Below, piece by piece: positions 53,072 through 62,183 of a stretch of DNA of 64,000 nt. Source of the stretch: a virus; IMG/VR virus record IMGVR_UViG_3300017780_002571, positions 1-64,000 of that record; one strand, 5' to 3'. The notes under the pieces were generated by a model that was not told the DNA's origin, did no database searches, and was given only the letters and a program-made list of their open reading frames with translations. Numbering within the stretch: the stretch's first letter is position 1; each line of letters opens with the position of its first letter. A program made the translations under genes and the position numbers.

Positions 53072-56000
53072 TACGAATTCCTAGATGTGGCGCGATCTGC
53101 AGAGCGCATAGCCTCTTCCTGCAGTTGGGCTTGAGATTTACGGAAACTGTTTGCGTCAGGGGTTGTGATGTTCTGCACCACGGTAACACTCGGCCTTTGA
53201 CCTTGTGCAATTGATTGCACTGGGGACCCCCGAGCTGGCATGACTGAGCCCCCGGATGCGAAGTGAGTACGCCCGGGGAAGTTGACCGCACTGGGAGTCA
53301 TCTTCCCGAAGTTGATTGCGTTCAGGAACGGTAGCCATGCAGCGGTTGACTTGGCATTCACCACGTACTCACCAGCGGAACCCCAGATGGGAACACTGTC
53401 ACTGGTGCCTGTGCCGGGGCCGTTGATCGGGCCGCCTTCAGCAAAGAATGAAGCAGCGAGATTGAACAGGCTACCCACTCCACCATCACCCCCACCAGAG
53501 CCACCAGAACTGCTTGTAAGGCTACTAAAAATGCTGGTTAGGGTGTTGCCTAGGGAACTGGCCAACTCGCCTAATCCAAGGCCCCCACCGCTAGCCTGCC
53601 CAGATAAGCTGGAGAACACCCCAGACAGAGACTCGGACATGGAAGAGAACAGACCAGAGATGCCGCCACCCTCAGCCGTCAGGGACTCGCTGATACCAGA
53701 GAAGGCTTCCCCGATGCCAGTGCCCAACCCCTTGATGGAATCAAAGACCGTACCACCAACACCTTGGAAGACTGCACCAACGCTGCTTAGAGCCTCTCTG
53801 GACACGTCTTCGAAGCCCTTGAAGGCCTCCCCAGCCTGCTCCTTGATGTAGGCCAGCGCGGTGCCTGCAGGGTCTTGGGCGGCAGCCTCCAAGTTAATGC
53901 CAGCGCCGTCACCCCCGGCACCACCTGCGCCACCTGCAGCCCCGGGCGCAGCGGGTAGGCCCTTCACCACGTTAACGAAGAGAGGATCGGTAGGCTTCTC
54001 GCCCCGGGTCTTGGTCTTTTGGCCGGAGAACAAGGAACCCAAGGATGCAAAGATGCCACCGCCCCCATCCTTGGAGGATGCACTGGTGAGTGCCCCAGCG
54101 GCGGTCTCTGCGAGGTTGCGGCTGATGTTCTGGTTCACAGACTTGATCAGATCGTTCTGCACTCCCTTGAGCACCTGTCCGATGTTCTGAGTGCCGTCAA
54201 GCAGCTTCTCAATGCCGGAGGACAGACTGTCGGTGAACACCTGTTGCAAGGTGTCGCCAAAGTCCTTCAGACTGCCCTTCAACTGGGCGATCTGGGTCTC
54301 GAACTGCAGGACCTGTGCCTGAGCATCAGCCGCAGTGGTGGCGTTGTCCTTGTTGTCCTTGTTCTGATCGTAGATGGCCTGCTGAGCAGCTTGCTGCCTG
54401 CGTAGTAGCTCAACCCGAGCAAGGATCAACCGATTACGAATGTCTTCCGCCTGATTGCTGGTCAGGGCGGAGGAGCGGCGCTGCAAGTTGACCGTGGCCT
54501 CTGTGAGGTCCAGTAGGCTGGTCTCCAGCGATATGCGCTTGGTCAGAAGCTCATTAGCCTGCGATAGCTTCAAAGCCTCAACGTCCCGGACTTGCAACGA
54601 GCGAAGTGCTGCAGCCTCATCTGTGCTACCAGCCTTACGAATCTTCTCTTCGTACTGAGCATTCAGAGTGGCTATGGCGGCGGCCTCCCGGTCCACACTG
54701 GTGGATAGGAGGTCTCGCTTTAGCTGTGCCACTCGAAGTTCGACATCCTTGCGCTGATTCTCTTGCTCCCGGAGCGTGGCTCTTTCAACCCCAGTCTCCC
54801 GGGCTAGAACCTCTTGGCGTCTAGCAGACAGGGCTTGGATTTCCGCTTTCTTGGAGTCCCGCTCAGCCTGAGTCCCGCTAGGAGCAGATTCGGCTTTCTT
54901 CAAGTCTGCAGCGATGTCCTTCAGCTCCAAAGCGGATTCACGCTTGGCAAGGTCCCGCTTACGGGCATAGTACTCAGACGCTGATATCAGGTTATCTGCA
55001 TAGGCATTCTCATTGATGGCTGCAGCCTCGGCCACAGCGATGCGGCTCAGGGAGTTCTCCTCCTTGGCAGTCTGGGCGGTAAGTGCCACTACCGCTGCAG
55101 CATGTGCCTTTCTCTGGGCAATGATTTGGGCATTCCCGGCTTTATTGACGGCTTGACGTTCCTTGAGCTGAGCGGCGGCGGTAGCCTTGCCAGCATTAAG
55201 GGTGGCGTCTATGCTGGGCAGTCCCAGCTCAGTGTTCTTGCCAGACAGCGCTGCTGACAATGCGTTGAATCGTGCAAGGGCCTCAGGCGAAGAGATGTCA
55301 TTGGCCAGCTTGTTGTACTCCACGAGGAGTAGGGTCATGGTCCTGCGTGCTTCGTCAGTACCCTTGGTCAGGCCAGTAAGACCGGACTCAATGCCGTTCA
55401 GGATGGTATTCGTCTTCTCGTCTATACCCGTGGCGATGACCCCAACATCAATCCCGATTGCCTTCAAGGCATCAGTACGCGCTTGAATCCTAGCGGCGTC
55501 AGCGATGTCGGAAGCCCTCTTTGCCGCGTCGGCCTTCTCCAAGTCCTCTCGCTGCTTCTTTAGGCCCTCATTACCGGGAGCCTTGTCGAGAGCCTCCCCT
55601 GCTTTCTTGAGCTGGGCGTCCAGAACCTTACGCTGCTCAGACAAGTCTTTCTGCTCTGCAGTGAGCTGGGCCTTCTGCGCGGCAAGCTGTGCCTTCTGAG
55701 CATCCGTAGTGGCCCCGAATTCCTTGGACTGCACGTCCCGCAATTCTTCACTTACTTTCTTGAGCCGAATAGAGACCGCAGTGGACTCTTCCATGGCCTT
55801 GGAATATGCCTTGAACGCTGCAGCCCCATCCAAGATCGTATCCGATGGGATGGCATCCTTGGACTTGTTGAAGTACTCATAGAGCTTGTAGGCTCCGAAA
55901 CCCAGCGCAGCTATAGCGGCCACAGCCAAGGTCACAGGTGCGAAGAGGGTAGCTAGGGTCCCGATGAATGCCACGAGGCCGCCAGTCCCTAGGGCCAGCA

Positions 56001-57177
56001 ACCCCGTAAACGTGGCCACGGCCCCGCTCACCACCCCGAATGCCGCGATAGCCCCGGTGATCAGGGATGTGACTACCCCGATTACCTTTAGGGCTACCCA
56101 AGCTGTTGCAAGTAATTGCAATGCATCCACTACCAACAGGATGATGTTTTTGTTCCTCTCCATCCATTTGATGAAGTCCACGATCTTCCCGGACACCGAA
56201 GTGATTGCGTCCGCAAGAGTGAACATCCCTGTGGCGGAGTCCCCTGTCGCGCTTTTCACCCCGGCAAAGGTGTTCATCATCGAGTTGATGGCCTTGAGGA
56301 TATCCCCTGTGGCCTGCACCAGTGCGGCATACGCGGGAAGTAGCAAGTTCCCGATAGAGAGTTGAATTTCCTTGATGATCCGAGGCAGGGAGCTAAGCTG
56401 CTTCCCGGCGCTAGACATGGAGGCCTCATAGGTCCCGGTAAGACCTGCGGCAGCGGCCAAGGTGGCATTACCGAACGCGATTACTTGCTCAGTCTTGGTC
56501 AGCTCCCTGCCAGCCAAAGCTGCGGCTCTAGCCAGCGCAGCCTCCCGATCCACGATCAGGCCCATGAACTTCAGGCCTTGGGTATCCATCTGTTGGACGT
56601 TGGTGACCAACCGCTGCATGGTCTCGGAAGAGCCCTCCCCAGACACCACGGCCAAGTCTTGGGCGGCCCGTGCGAAGGGTGCCGCGAAGTCCAAGGGTAT
56701 CTTAGCCTGCAACAGACGGGTCAGAGACTCCCGGCTAGCGTCTGCGGTGATGCCGAGTCGCTGAACCGCCTTGTCCGCTTTAGTGAGTTCGTCCCGCGTG
56801 TACCCTGCGTTCTTACCTACGACCCCCAGAACAATGTCGAGAGTCTCAGCCCGAGCTGCAACGTCAGCCAGACTCTTGACAAAGCCCACGGCCTGAATGG
56901 CAAGGAAGCCCCCGGCTAGGAACTTAGCGCCCCTAACCGCACCTGCGAAAGCCCCCTCCAGTTGAGAGGCAGTATCCTTGAGGCCCCCCATGGTAGCGGC
57001 TGCGGCCTTGGCGTTAGCTCCGAGGCCCCCTAGCTGCTTCTCTAAGCCGCCAAGGTTCACCCCACCGACTCCGGCTATGGCTTCCTTGGTTTGAGAAAAG
57101 TCCCTCCGAATATCCGTCAGGGTTTTCCCAACCGTGTTTACGGCGGAGATGACTATCTGCAGATTATTCGTTGCCAT
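53071..57177 (-). CDS. Tape measure protein
   Basis: 1368 aa helical, Ala-rich; C-terminal FAEGG...GPGTGTSDS.P...S.GEYV and I.TPDANSFRKSQ.Q. Confidence 0.92.
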   Translation of the reverse strand: MATNNLQIVISAVNTVGKTLTDIRRDFSQTKEAIAGVGGVNLGGLEKQLGGLGANAKAAAATMGGLKDTASQLEGAFAGAVRGAKFLAGGFLAIQAVGFVKSLADVAARAETLDIVLGVVGKNAGYTRDELTKADKAVQRLGITADASRESLTRLLQAKIPLDFAAPFARAAQDLAVVSGEGSSETMQRLVTNVQQMDTQGLKFMGLIVDREAALARAAALAGRELTKTEQVIAFGNATLAAAAGLTGTYEASMSSAGKQLSSLPRIIKEIQLSIGNLLLPAYAALVQATGDILKAINSMMNTFAGVKSATGDSATGMFTLADAITSVSGKIVDFIKWMERNKNIILLVVDALQLLATAWVALKVIGVVTSLITGAIAAFGVVSGAVATFTGLLALGTGGLVAFIGTLATLFAPVTLAVAAIAALGFGAYKLYEYFNKSKDAIPSDTILDGAAAFKAYSKAMEESTAVSIRLKKVSEELRDVQSKEFGATTDAQKAQLAAQKAQLTAEQKDLSEQRKVLDAQLKKAGEALDKAPGNEGLKKQREDLEKADAAKRASDIADAARIQARTDALKAIGIDVGVIATGIDEKTNTILNGIESGLTGLTKGTDEARRTMTLLLVEYNKLANDISSPEALARFNALSAALSGKNTELGLPSIDATLNAGKATAAAQLKERQAVNKAGNAQIIAQRKAHAAAVVALTAQTAKEENSLSRIAVAEAAAINENAYADNLISASEYYARKRDLAKRESALELKDIAADLKKAESAPSGTQAERDSKKAEIQALSARRQEVLARETGVERATLREQENQRKDVELRVAQLKRDLLSTSVDREAAAIATLNAQYEEKIRKAGSTDEAAALRSLQVRDVEALKLSQANELLTKRISLETSLLDLTEATVNLQRRSSALTSNQAEDIRNRLILARVELLRRQQAAQQAIYDQNKDNKDNATTAADAQAQVLQFETQIAQLKGSLKDFGDTLQQVFTDSLSSGIEKLLDGTQNIGQVLKGVQNDLIKSVNQNISRNLAETAAGALTSASSKDGGGGIFASLGSLFSGQKTKTRGEKPTDPLFVNVVKGLPAAPGAAGGAGGAGGDGAGINLEAAAQDPAGTALAYIKEQAGEAFKGFEDVSREALSSVGAVFQGVGGTVFDSIKGLGTGIGEAFSGISESLTAEGGGISGLFSSMSESLSGVFSSLSGQASGGGLGLGELASSLGNTLTSIFSSLTSSSGGSGGGDGGVGSLFNLAASFFAEGGPINGPGTGTSDSVPIWGSAGEYVVNAKSTAAWLPFLNAINFGKMTPSAVNFPGRTHFASGGSVMPARGSPVQSIAQGQRPSVTVVQNITTPDANSFRKSQAQLQEEAMRSADRATSRNS
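53205..53220. repeat. 16-bp palindromic site
   Basis: GTGCAATTGATTGCAC, in tape measure gene. Confidence 0.8.
56106..56121. repeat. 16-bp palindromic site
   Basis: TTGCAAGTAATTGCAA, in tape measure gene. Confidence 0.8.
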
Positions 57178-57179
57178 AA

Positions 57180-57515
57180 TCAGTCCAATGATTCCATGTA
57201 TTTGGTGAAGTCTTTCCCATCCGCATGATACACGCTACGCATCGTATAGGCTAGGTCCCGGAGGTCCCGGGCACTACGTTTGTGAGCCATCTCTAAGAAG
57301 GCTTGAACCCTAGGCATGGGGTACCTAAGGATGGCGTCATAGGAGTGCCCAGCGCCCACTAGGGCATCCACGCACTCCACCAGCTCATAGTGGAACCGCT
57401 CTACTGGGGTCAGCTTTGCGAGGTGCTTTGGGAGTTTTGGGGAACCGGATTTTCCGAGGGTGCGAGCCGCTTGACCTGTTCCATCAATTTTGATAGCGAC
57501 TCTAGCAGCTTTTTT
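57180..57515 (-). CDS. Tail assembly chaperone, -1 frameshift extension (gpGT-like)
   Basis: A AAA AAG slippery site at 57515-57509; the -1 frame is open to 57180. Confidence 0.8.
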   Translation of the reverse strand, partial: KKAARVAIKIDGTGQAARTLGKSGSPKLPKHLAKLTPVERFHYELVECVDALVGAGHSYDAILRYPMPRVQAFLEMAHKRSARDLRDLAYTMRSVYHADGKDFTKYMESLD

Positions 57516-57844
57516 GCGTCAGGCACCGAGATGGACCAAATCGCTTCGAGCAACTGAATCTGGGTTCCCGGGGCCAATTTGAGGATGGTGTCTTTCTGGT
57601 CTTCCAGATCAGCCCCGTAGGCGATGATATCCGCCACTAGGAGGGGCAGAGCAGCTAAGACTAGGGGGTAGTTAGGTACTTCGGACTTTGCTTCGTTAAA
57701 CAGGTTTATGGCTGCTTCACGGTAGGAGATGACCAACTGGGCTATCTCGTTCAAAGTAAGGGCTCGGATGGGTAGCTCTTTACCGGGAGCAATTTCCACA
57801 TTCGTAGTCACGGCGATCAGATCACTCAGCACAATTTTAGACAC
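57410..57844 (-). CDS. Tail assembly chaperone (gpG-like)
   Basis: Between tail tube and tape measure; carries the slippery site. Confidence 0.85.
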   Translation of the reverse strand: MSKIVLSDLIAVTTNVEIAPGKELPIRALTLNEIAQLVISYREAAINLFNEAKSEVPNYPLVLAALPLLVADIIAYGADLEDQKDTILKLAPGTQIQLLEAIWSISVPDAKKLLESLSKLMEQVKRLAPSENPVPQNSQSTSQS

Positions 57845-57871
57845 AACACATCTCCTATAAACCTAAACAAC

Positions 57872-57891
57872 AAAGGGGCCGAAGCCCCTTT
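57872..57891 (-). terminator. Terminator after major tail protein
   Basis: AAAGGGGC-TTCG-GCCCCTTT followed by GTTGTTT. Confidence 0.7.
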
Positions 57892-57908
57892 ACTCATGAC
57901 GTTAGCAG

Positions 57909-58925
57909 TTAGCGAACCATCATCTGGCGGAAGAACTTGCTTCCGTCAGCACGGCCAGCGTCTGCCAACACGTTTCCTTCCAAGGCGAAGTTGTTGATGG
58001 TATCACCAATCAACGCCATTTCCTTCAGAGGATCGGTCAGGAATCGGAAGATGTCCACAACCACTGGGTTGTTGTTGTCCGCAGTGTTCAGACCCTCGAA
58101 GCGCATCCAGCGCTCTTGAGAACCGTACACCAATGGGTTCACGATGAACTGACTGATGTGGGTGTAATCCACTGCCAGAGCTGCACCATCAAACACTGCC
58201 AGAGGCGTGCCTATGGTGATTGTGCGACCAAAAGTGTTGGTAGCCAGAACCACACCAGTGGGGGTGGCAGACACCACGAGGTGGGTTTTTCCGTTCAGGT
58301 AGGCTGCATCCGCACCAGAGAAGCCAGCCAAGGCCACGCGGCTGCCAGCCACAGCGGTGTTAGCCACGGTGACGGAGGTAGTAGCGCCGACCACAACTGC
58401 GGTAGGAACCACGCCACCCACGGTACCGTTCGTGGAAATTGGAGTGACAGCACCATCGTTGAACATGATGGACCCGCCCTCAGGGTTCACCTTGAAGTCG
58501 TAGGGGGTAGCGTTGTTCGTGAACGCGGTCAGGGCTTGAGCCCCACGACGAACGGCAACAGCGGATACGCCCAAGGCACCCAGAGGTGTGACCTTGCCAA
58601 AGTAAATCTTGTGAACCTCACCCACTACCGCAGTGGAGGGGCGCTCAGTGCTGCTACCGCGAAGGGCGATAGCCAAACCATTGGAGTCAAAGTGCTCCAC
58701 GGTCATGCTCAAGTTAGCCTTGGTTTCAGTGGTCATGCGCAAGTCGATAGCGCGTGCGCCAGTCTTCGACTCTTTGTGCTCGATGACCGAGGTAGCCACG
58801 GTGATCTTCAGGTCCGACACGTTGCCCACGGGCACTAGGCCTGCAGGGTTGCCAGCCGCATCGCGCATGCCAATAAGCACAACGCCCTGTCCAGAAAAGT
58901 AGTAGTCAGTATTGTCCCATGCCAT
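57909..58925 (-). CDS. Major tail (tube) protein
   Basis: YFSGQG.V, VGNV..L, EHKES.TG, RFEGLNTA.....V.VD, L.G.VLAD. Confidence 0.88.
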   Translation of the reverse strand: MAWDNTDYYFSGQGVVLIGMRDAAGNPAGLVPVGNVSDLKITVATSVIEHKESKTGARAIDLRMTTETKANLSMTVEHFDSNGLAIALRGSSTERPSTAVVGEVHKIYFGKVTPLGALGVSAVAVRRGAQALTAFTNNATPYDFKVNPEGGSIMFNDGAVTPISTNGTVGGVVPTAVVVGATTSVTVANTAVAGSRVALAGFSGADAAYLNGKTHLVVSATPTGVVLATNTFGRTITIGTPLAVFDGAALAVDYTHISQFIVNPLVYGSQERWMRFEGLNTADNNNPVVVDIFRFLTDPLKEMALIGDTINNFALEGNVLADAGRADGSKFFRQMMVR

Positions 58926-58980
58926 GATGATTCTCCTAAAAAGATGAGTGCAGAGGGGCGCTAGGCCCCCCGAGAGTTAA

Positions 58981-59994
58981 TTACTTCTTGTTGGTCCAGA
59001 AGAGGATCAACGTGGCGGCGGCCAAGTTGGTGGTGGAGCGGATGGCACCAGTGTTAGTGCCGCCAGCCAGAAAAGCGCCAGACACCCCAACGTTGGTGCA
59101 AGCTTCGGCCACTGCAATGGCGTTACCAGTGGCAGGGGACATATGGCTCAGAGTCACCACACCAGTGGTTGGGTGAGCAGTAGCCACCACATCCAAAGTG
59201 CCGAACTTGAACTGGTAGGCGTTGATCAGCTTGGCGAGGTACTGGCCGCAAGCCAAGTCTGAACCCGCTGCGCCACCACCGGGGAATGCGGGAGCGGCTG
59301 CGCGGGTGTAGAACTGAACGTCACCTGTGGGTGTCGCAGAAGCAGTGAAAGTCACGCCGTTGATTACGGCAGTGTTAGTCGCCACCACGCTGACGGGGGT
59401 CAGGGTTGCAGTGCCAGTGTTGGTGCCTGCAGCAGCCAGAACCGTAACGGTACCAGTCACTTGAATGGCGTTGCCGGGACCTTCCACGGTTGCAGTCAAG
59501 GTAACCACGTTGGCTGCTACCGAAGCCACCACTGCGGATTGACGTTGGCCGTCACCATTCAGTTGAGACTCGTAGCGGTTCTCGTAGGCATTGATGGCTG
59601 CAGCCAAAGATGCGGCCATTGCGTTGTTGTTGCCTGCAGAAATCAGGACATCGTTAGCCTTGGTAGGCACGGCACGCCATGTGTAGGTGCTACCTTCGAT
59701 GGTGAGAGTCTCACCCGCTACTGGGTTACCCGAGATGGTGAATGTGGCGGTGGCCTTCACTGGCTGGATAGTGATGTTGGCGCGGTCACTGACGGGGGGT
59801 GCCCAAGTGTCGGCCAGCACGATAGCTTGGATGATCGTGTCTTCAGGACGGATCAAAGCCACGGGCATGTTGGTGCCAGCGGCTACGCCGTCGATCACTT
59901 CAACTTGTGCGCCTTGCATTTCTTGCAGAGCGGCACGCAGCAACTGAGGATTCGCCAACAGGGCGTGAGATTGAGGAAGGGTATTCAAGGGCAT
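58981..59994 (-). CDS. Virion structural/decoration protein with duplicated sheath-insert-like domain
   Basis: Two copies of AT.T....G....I.G.T.T...A..LA..IN...V.A.....VVTL...G..GNAI. Confidence 0.6.
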   Translation of the reverse strand: MPLNTLPQSHALLANPQLLRAALQEMQGAQVEVIDGVAAGTNMPVALIRPEDTIIQAIVLADTWAPPVSDRANITIQPVKATATFTISGNPVAGETLTIEGSTYTWRAVPTKANDVLISAGNNNAMAASLAAAINAYENRYESQLNGDGQRQSAVVASVAANVVTLTATVEGPGNAIQVTGTVTVLAAAGTNTGTATLTPVSVVATNTAVINGVTFTASATPTGDVQFYTRAAAPAFPGGGAAGSDLACGQYLAKLINAYQFKFGTLDVVATAHPTTGVVTLSHMSPATGNAIAVAEACTNVGVSGAFLAGGTNTGAIRSTTNLAAATLILFWTNKK

Positions 59995-60038
59995 GAAAAT
60001 CTCCTAAAAAATAGGGGTTTAAGATTGAGGACAGGTGG

Positions 60039-60067
60039 ACTCTACCAGATCAAACCGCTGTTTGCAA
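60039..60067 (-). promoter_or_regulatory. Promoter whose -35 lies within a palindromic site
   Basis: TTGCAA-17-TAGAGT with TGn extended -10. Confidence 0.55.
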
Positions 60068-60077
60068 TTAATTGCAC
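60062..60077. repeat. 16-bp palindromic site
   Basis: TTGCAATTAATTGCAC, overlapping a -35 box. Confidence 0.85.
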
Positions 60078-60523
60078 TAGTCGGATTTCACTGGAACCAG
60101 TTGGGCGGCGGTGGTCCACCGTTGCACCCATAGCTGAGAAGTACCCTTCTGAGCTGCAGGGGCCTCTAACTGCCACTTCCAAGCATGGCCAGTGGGGGAT
60201 CGGGTCCCATGAATGGCCGTACGAATGGAATCCAGAAGCTTGTGAGCCACCGTGGTCATATCCACCTGCTTGGATACCACGGAGGTCTCACAGAGGAGCA
60301 GGATGGAGAAGACGACTTCCGCGCTTATGACGACCTGCTTCCCAGCGTCGGAGGCTGCAGGCCTTGACCCTTCGTAAAGGACCCCAGCCACAGGCTTCAC
60401 CGCAGTGGTCATGGACGCCACAAGATCGTCCACGGACAGAACCTTGACGGTCTTGCCAGTCAAGGCTGCTACTGATCTAACTTTGGCCTCTAGGTCTAAG
60501 GCGCAAGGGGAGACGTAATTCAT
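60077..60523 (-). CDS. Tail terminator-like protein
   Basis: Size and position upstream of tail genes. Confidence 0.65.
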   Translation of the reverse strand: MNYVSPCALDLEAKVRSVAALTGKTVKVLSVDDLVASMTTAVKPVAGVLYEGSRPAASDAGKQVVISAEVVFSILLLCETSVVSKQVDMTTVAHKLLDSIRTAIHGTRSPTGHAWKWQLEAPAAQKGTSQLWVQRWTTAAQLVPVKSD

Positions 60524-60951
60524 GATTCAAGGGCCTCTGAAATTTTCTTAAAAAACACCTTCAGGGCCAAGTCTGAATCGGCGGCGCTGAAGCCAAGGAA
60601 CTCCCGGCGCTCTTGACCTATTCCAAGCTGGTGCGACTTTGCGTAGGGCACATCGGTACCTATCGCGCCCTCCAAGGGACTGACGCTGAATAGCTGAATG
60701 CTGTGAAACAGAGTACCCGTATCAAACAGGGTACCACCACCCCGCCCAGAGAAGGATCGCTTAAAGGCGGCGAAGGATGGGTCCCATGCAACCCCATCTG
60801 GAGATACCTGATCTAGGAACCGGGTTCGTGTACGGTTCAATAGGAGGGCCGTAGACTCGGTTACAGCCTCCCGCAGGGCGTCATCCAGCCCAGCCCCTTC
60901 TAAGACGGATAAGACCCCTTCAAGGCCGTCCAGAGAGACTTGTAGGCGCAT
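60520..60951 (-). CDS. Virion morphogenesis/tail completion protein
   Basis: RF..Q.SPDG..W, L.DTG.L..SI, GT.V.YA..HQ.G, R.FLGFS. Confidence 0.85.
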   Translation of the reverse strand: MRLQVSLDGLEGVLSVLEGAGLDDALREAVTESTALLLNRTRTRFLDQVSPDGVAWDPSFAAFKRSFSGRGGGTLFDTGTLFHSIQLFSVSPLEGAIGTDVPYAKSHQLGIGQERREFLGFSAADSDLALKVFFKKISEALES

Positions 60952-60952
60952 G

Positions 60953-61627
60953 CTACTCCACGAGTATGGAGCTGACAGGCTTCAGGACGTTACCCACCAA
61001 GCGCAGGTACAAGGACACCATGTCGGTGCTCAGGGCGTCCAAGGAAGCAGACTTGGAGGCTGCGGCCTGTTGTTGCTTAGGGTCAGTCACGGCTTGACTG
61101 GTGCTGAGCAACATAGATGGCACCAAGCACAGGATAGCTTGCTGCACTTCCATGGGGGTCTTCTCTTGGGAGTCAAACCCGGAGCTGTAAGCCACACGGA
61201 TATGCTTACCTAAAAGGTAGTCGGTGGTGGAGCCTACGCGGCCACGCAGGACCTGAGGCTCTGCAAAGGTGCTGGCCACCACAGAAACTATTCCCTTGTC
61301 GTAATCCACAGAGAAGCCCGAAGTCATAGACTCTTCGCGCCCGTTGGAGTCTATGAGACTCACCGACACTGCAGGGTCGGCGGCAACCACGCCGTTGGTC
61401 AGGCGCAGCTTGTACCGGGTGTTGATCGGGGACCCATCCAGCCCACTGACGTAGAAGGTGTCAACCCGGGACTGAGGCCGGAGGCACGTCTTGAGGACGG
61501 TCTCCAGCTTCAGAGTTGCCCTGACGATGGCGCTGGCGATGGCTGGAGTGGACTCCTCCATCAAGTCTGGATTCTGCCCCATGGCTTCAAGGGCGTCCGA
61601 CACTGAAACCAATAGGGGGAATGCCAT
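60953..61627 (-). CDS. Head-tail adaptor
   Basis: V.Y.SGF....P..VQQAIL; position. Confidence 0.75.
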   Translation of the reverse strand: MAFPLLVSVSDALEAMGQNPDLMEESTPAIASAIVRATLKLETVLKTCLRPQSRVDTFYVSGLDGSPINTRYKLRLTNGVVAADPAVSVSLIDSNGREESMTSGFSVDYDKGIVSVVASTFAEPQVLRGRVGSTTDYLLGKHIRVAYSSGFDSQEKTPMEVQQAILCLVPSMLLSTSQAVTDPKQQQAAASKSASLDALSTDMVSLYLRLVGNVLKPVSSILVE

Positions 61628-61629
61628 GC

Positions 61630-62094
61630 TTACACCGTGACTGGCTTGCTACCCTTGCCGCCCAGAGTTACCTTCTTGGGAGCAGTGGTGGTAGCTGTGT
61701 CGCCCTCAGTTGTAGGGGTCGTTTCACCAGTGGATTCGCCCTCAGCCAATTGGCGCTCAATCTCTGCCTCTTCAGCAGCCAGACGGGCAGCCTCGACTTC
61801 ATCCAGTGCAGCAATGCTGTCCAATGTGTGCTCCACGGCACCCGTATCCACCTCACCAGAGAGGCCGGAATCGCGCAGATCAGAGGCCTGCATGTCGCCG
61901 CGAGAGGTGTCCACCTTAGGGGGCAAGTCTGCGGTCAAGCAGAAAAGCTTGGCCCCGGTGGCGATGTTCTTTTCTTTCTTCAGCTCTGCCCATGCGCTAT
62001 GCGTCACAGGGTAGCTGCGGTCCTGCTCAAATACGCGAGTCAGTGTGCCGTAGGTCTTCGCACCCACCAAAGAAATTTCAACGGTATCAGTCAT
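61630..62094 (-). CDS. Hypothetical head-associated protein
   Basis: Follows the capsid gene; acidic. Confidence 0.65.
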   Translation of the reverse strand: MTDTVEISLVGAKTYGTLTRVFEQDRSYPVTHSAWAELKKEKNIATGAKLFCLTADLPPKVDTSRGDMQASDLRDSGLSGEVDTGAVEHTLDSIAALDEVEAARLAAEEAEIERQLAEGESTGETTPTTEGDTATTTAPKKVTLGGKGSKPVTV

Positions 62095-62120
62095 GTCGGT
62101 CTCCATCACAAAAAAGTACT

Positions 62121-62158
62121 AAAAAAGAAGAGGGGACTAGCATAACACCAGCCCCCTC
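62121..62158 (-). terminator. Terminator after major capsid gene
   Basis: GAGGGG.../...CCCCTC hairpin then TTCTTTTTT. Confidence 0.7.
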
Positions 62159-62183
62159 AAGGATCAACTCAGTCCACAGACCC

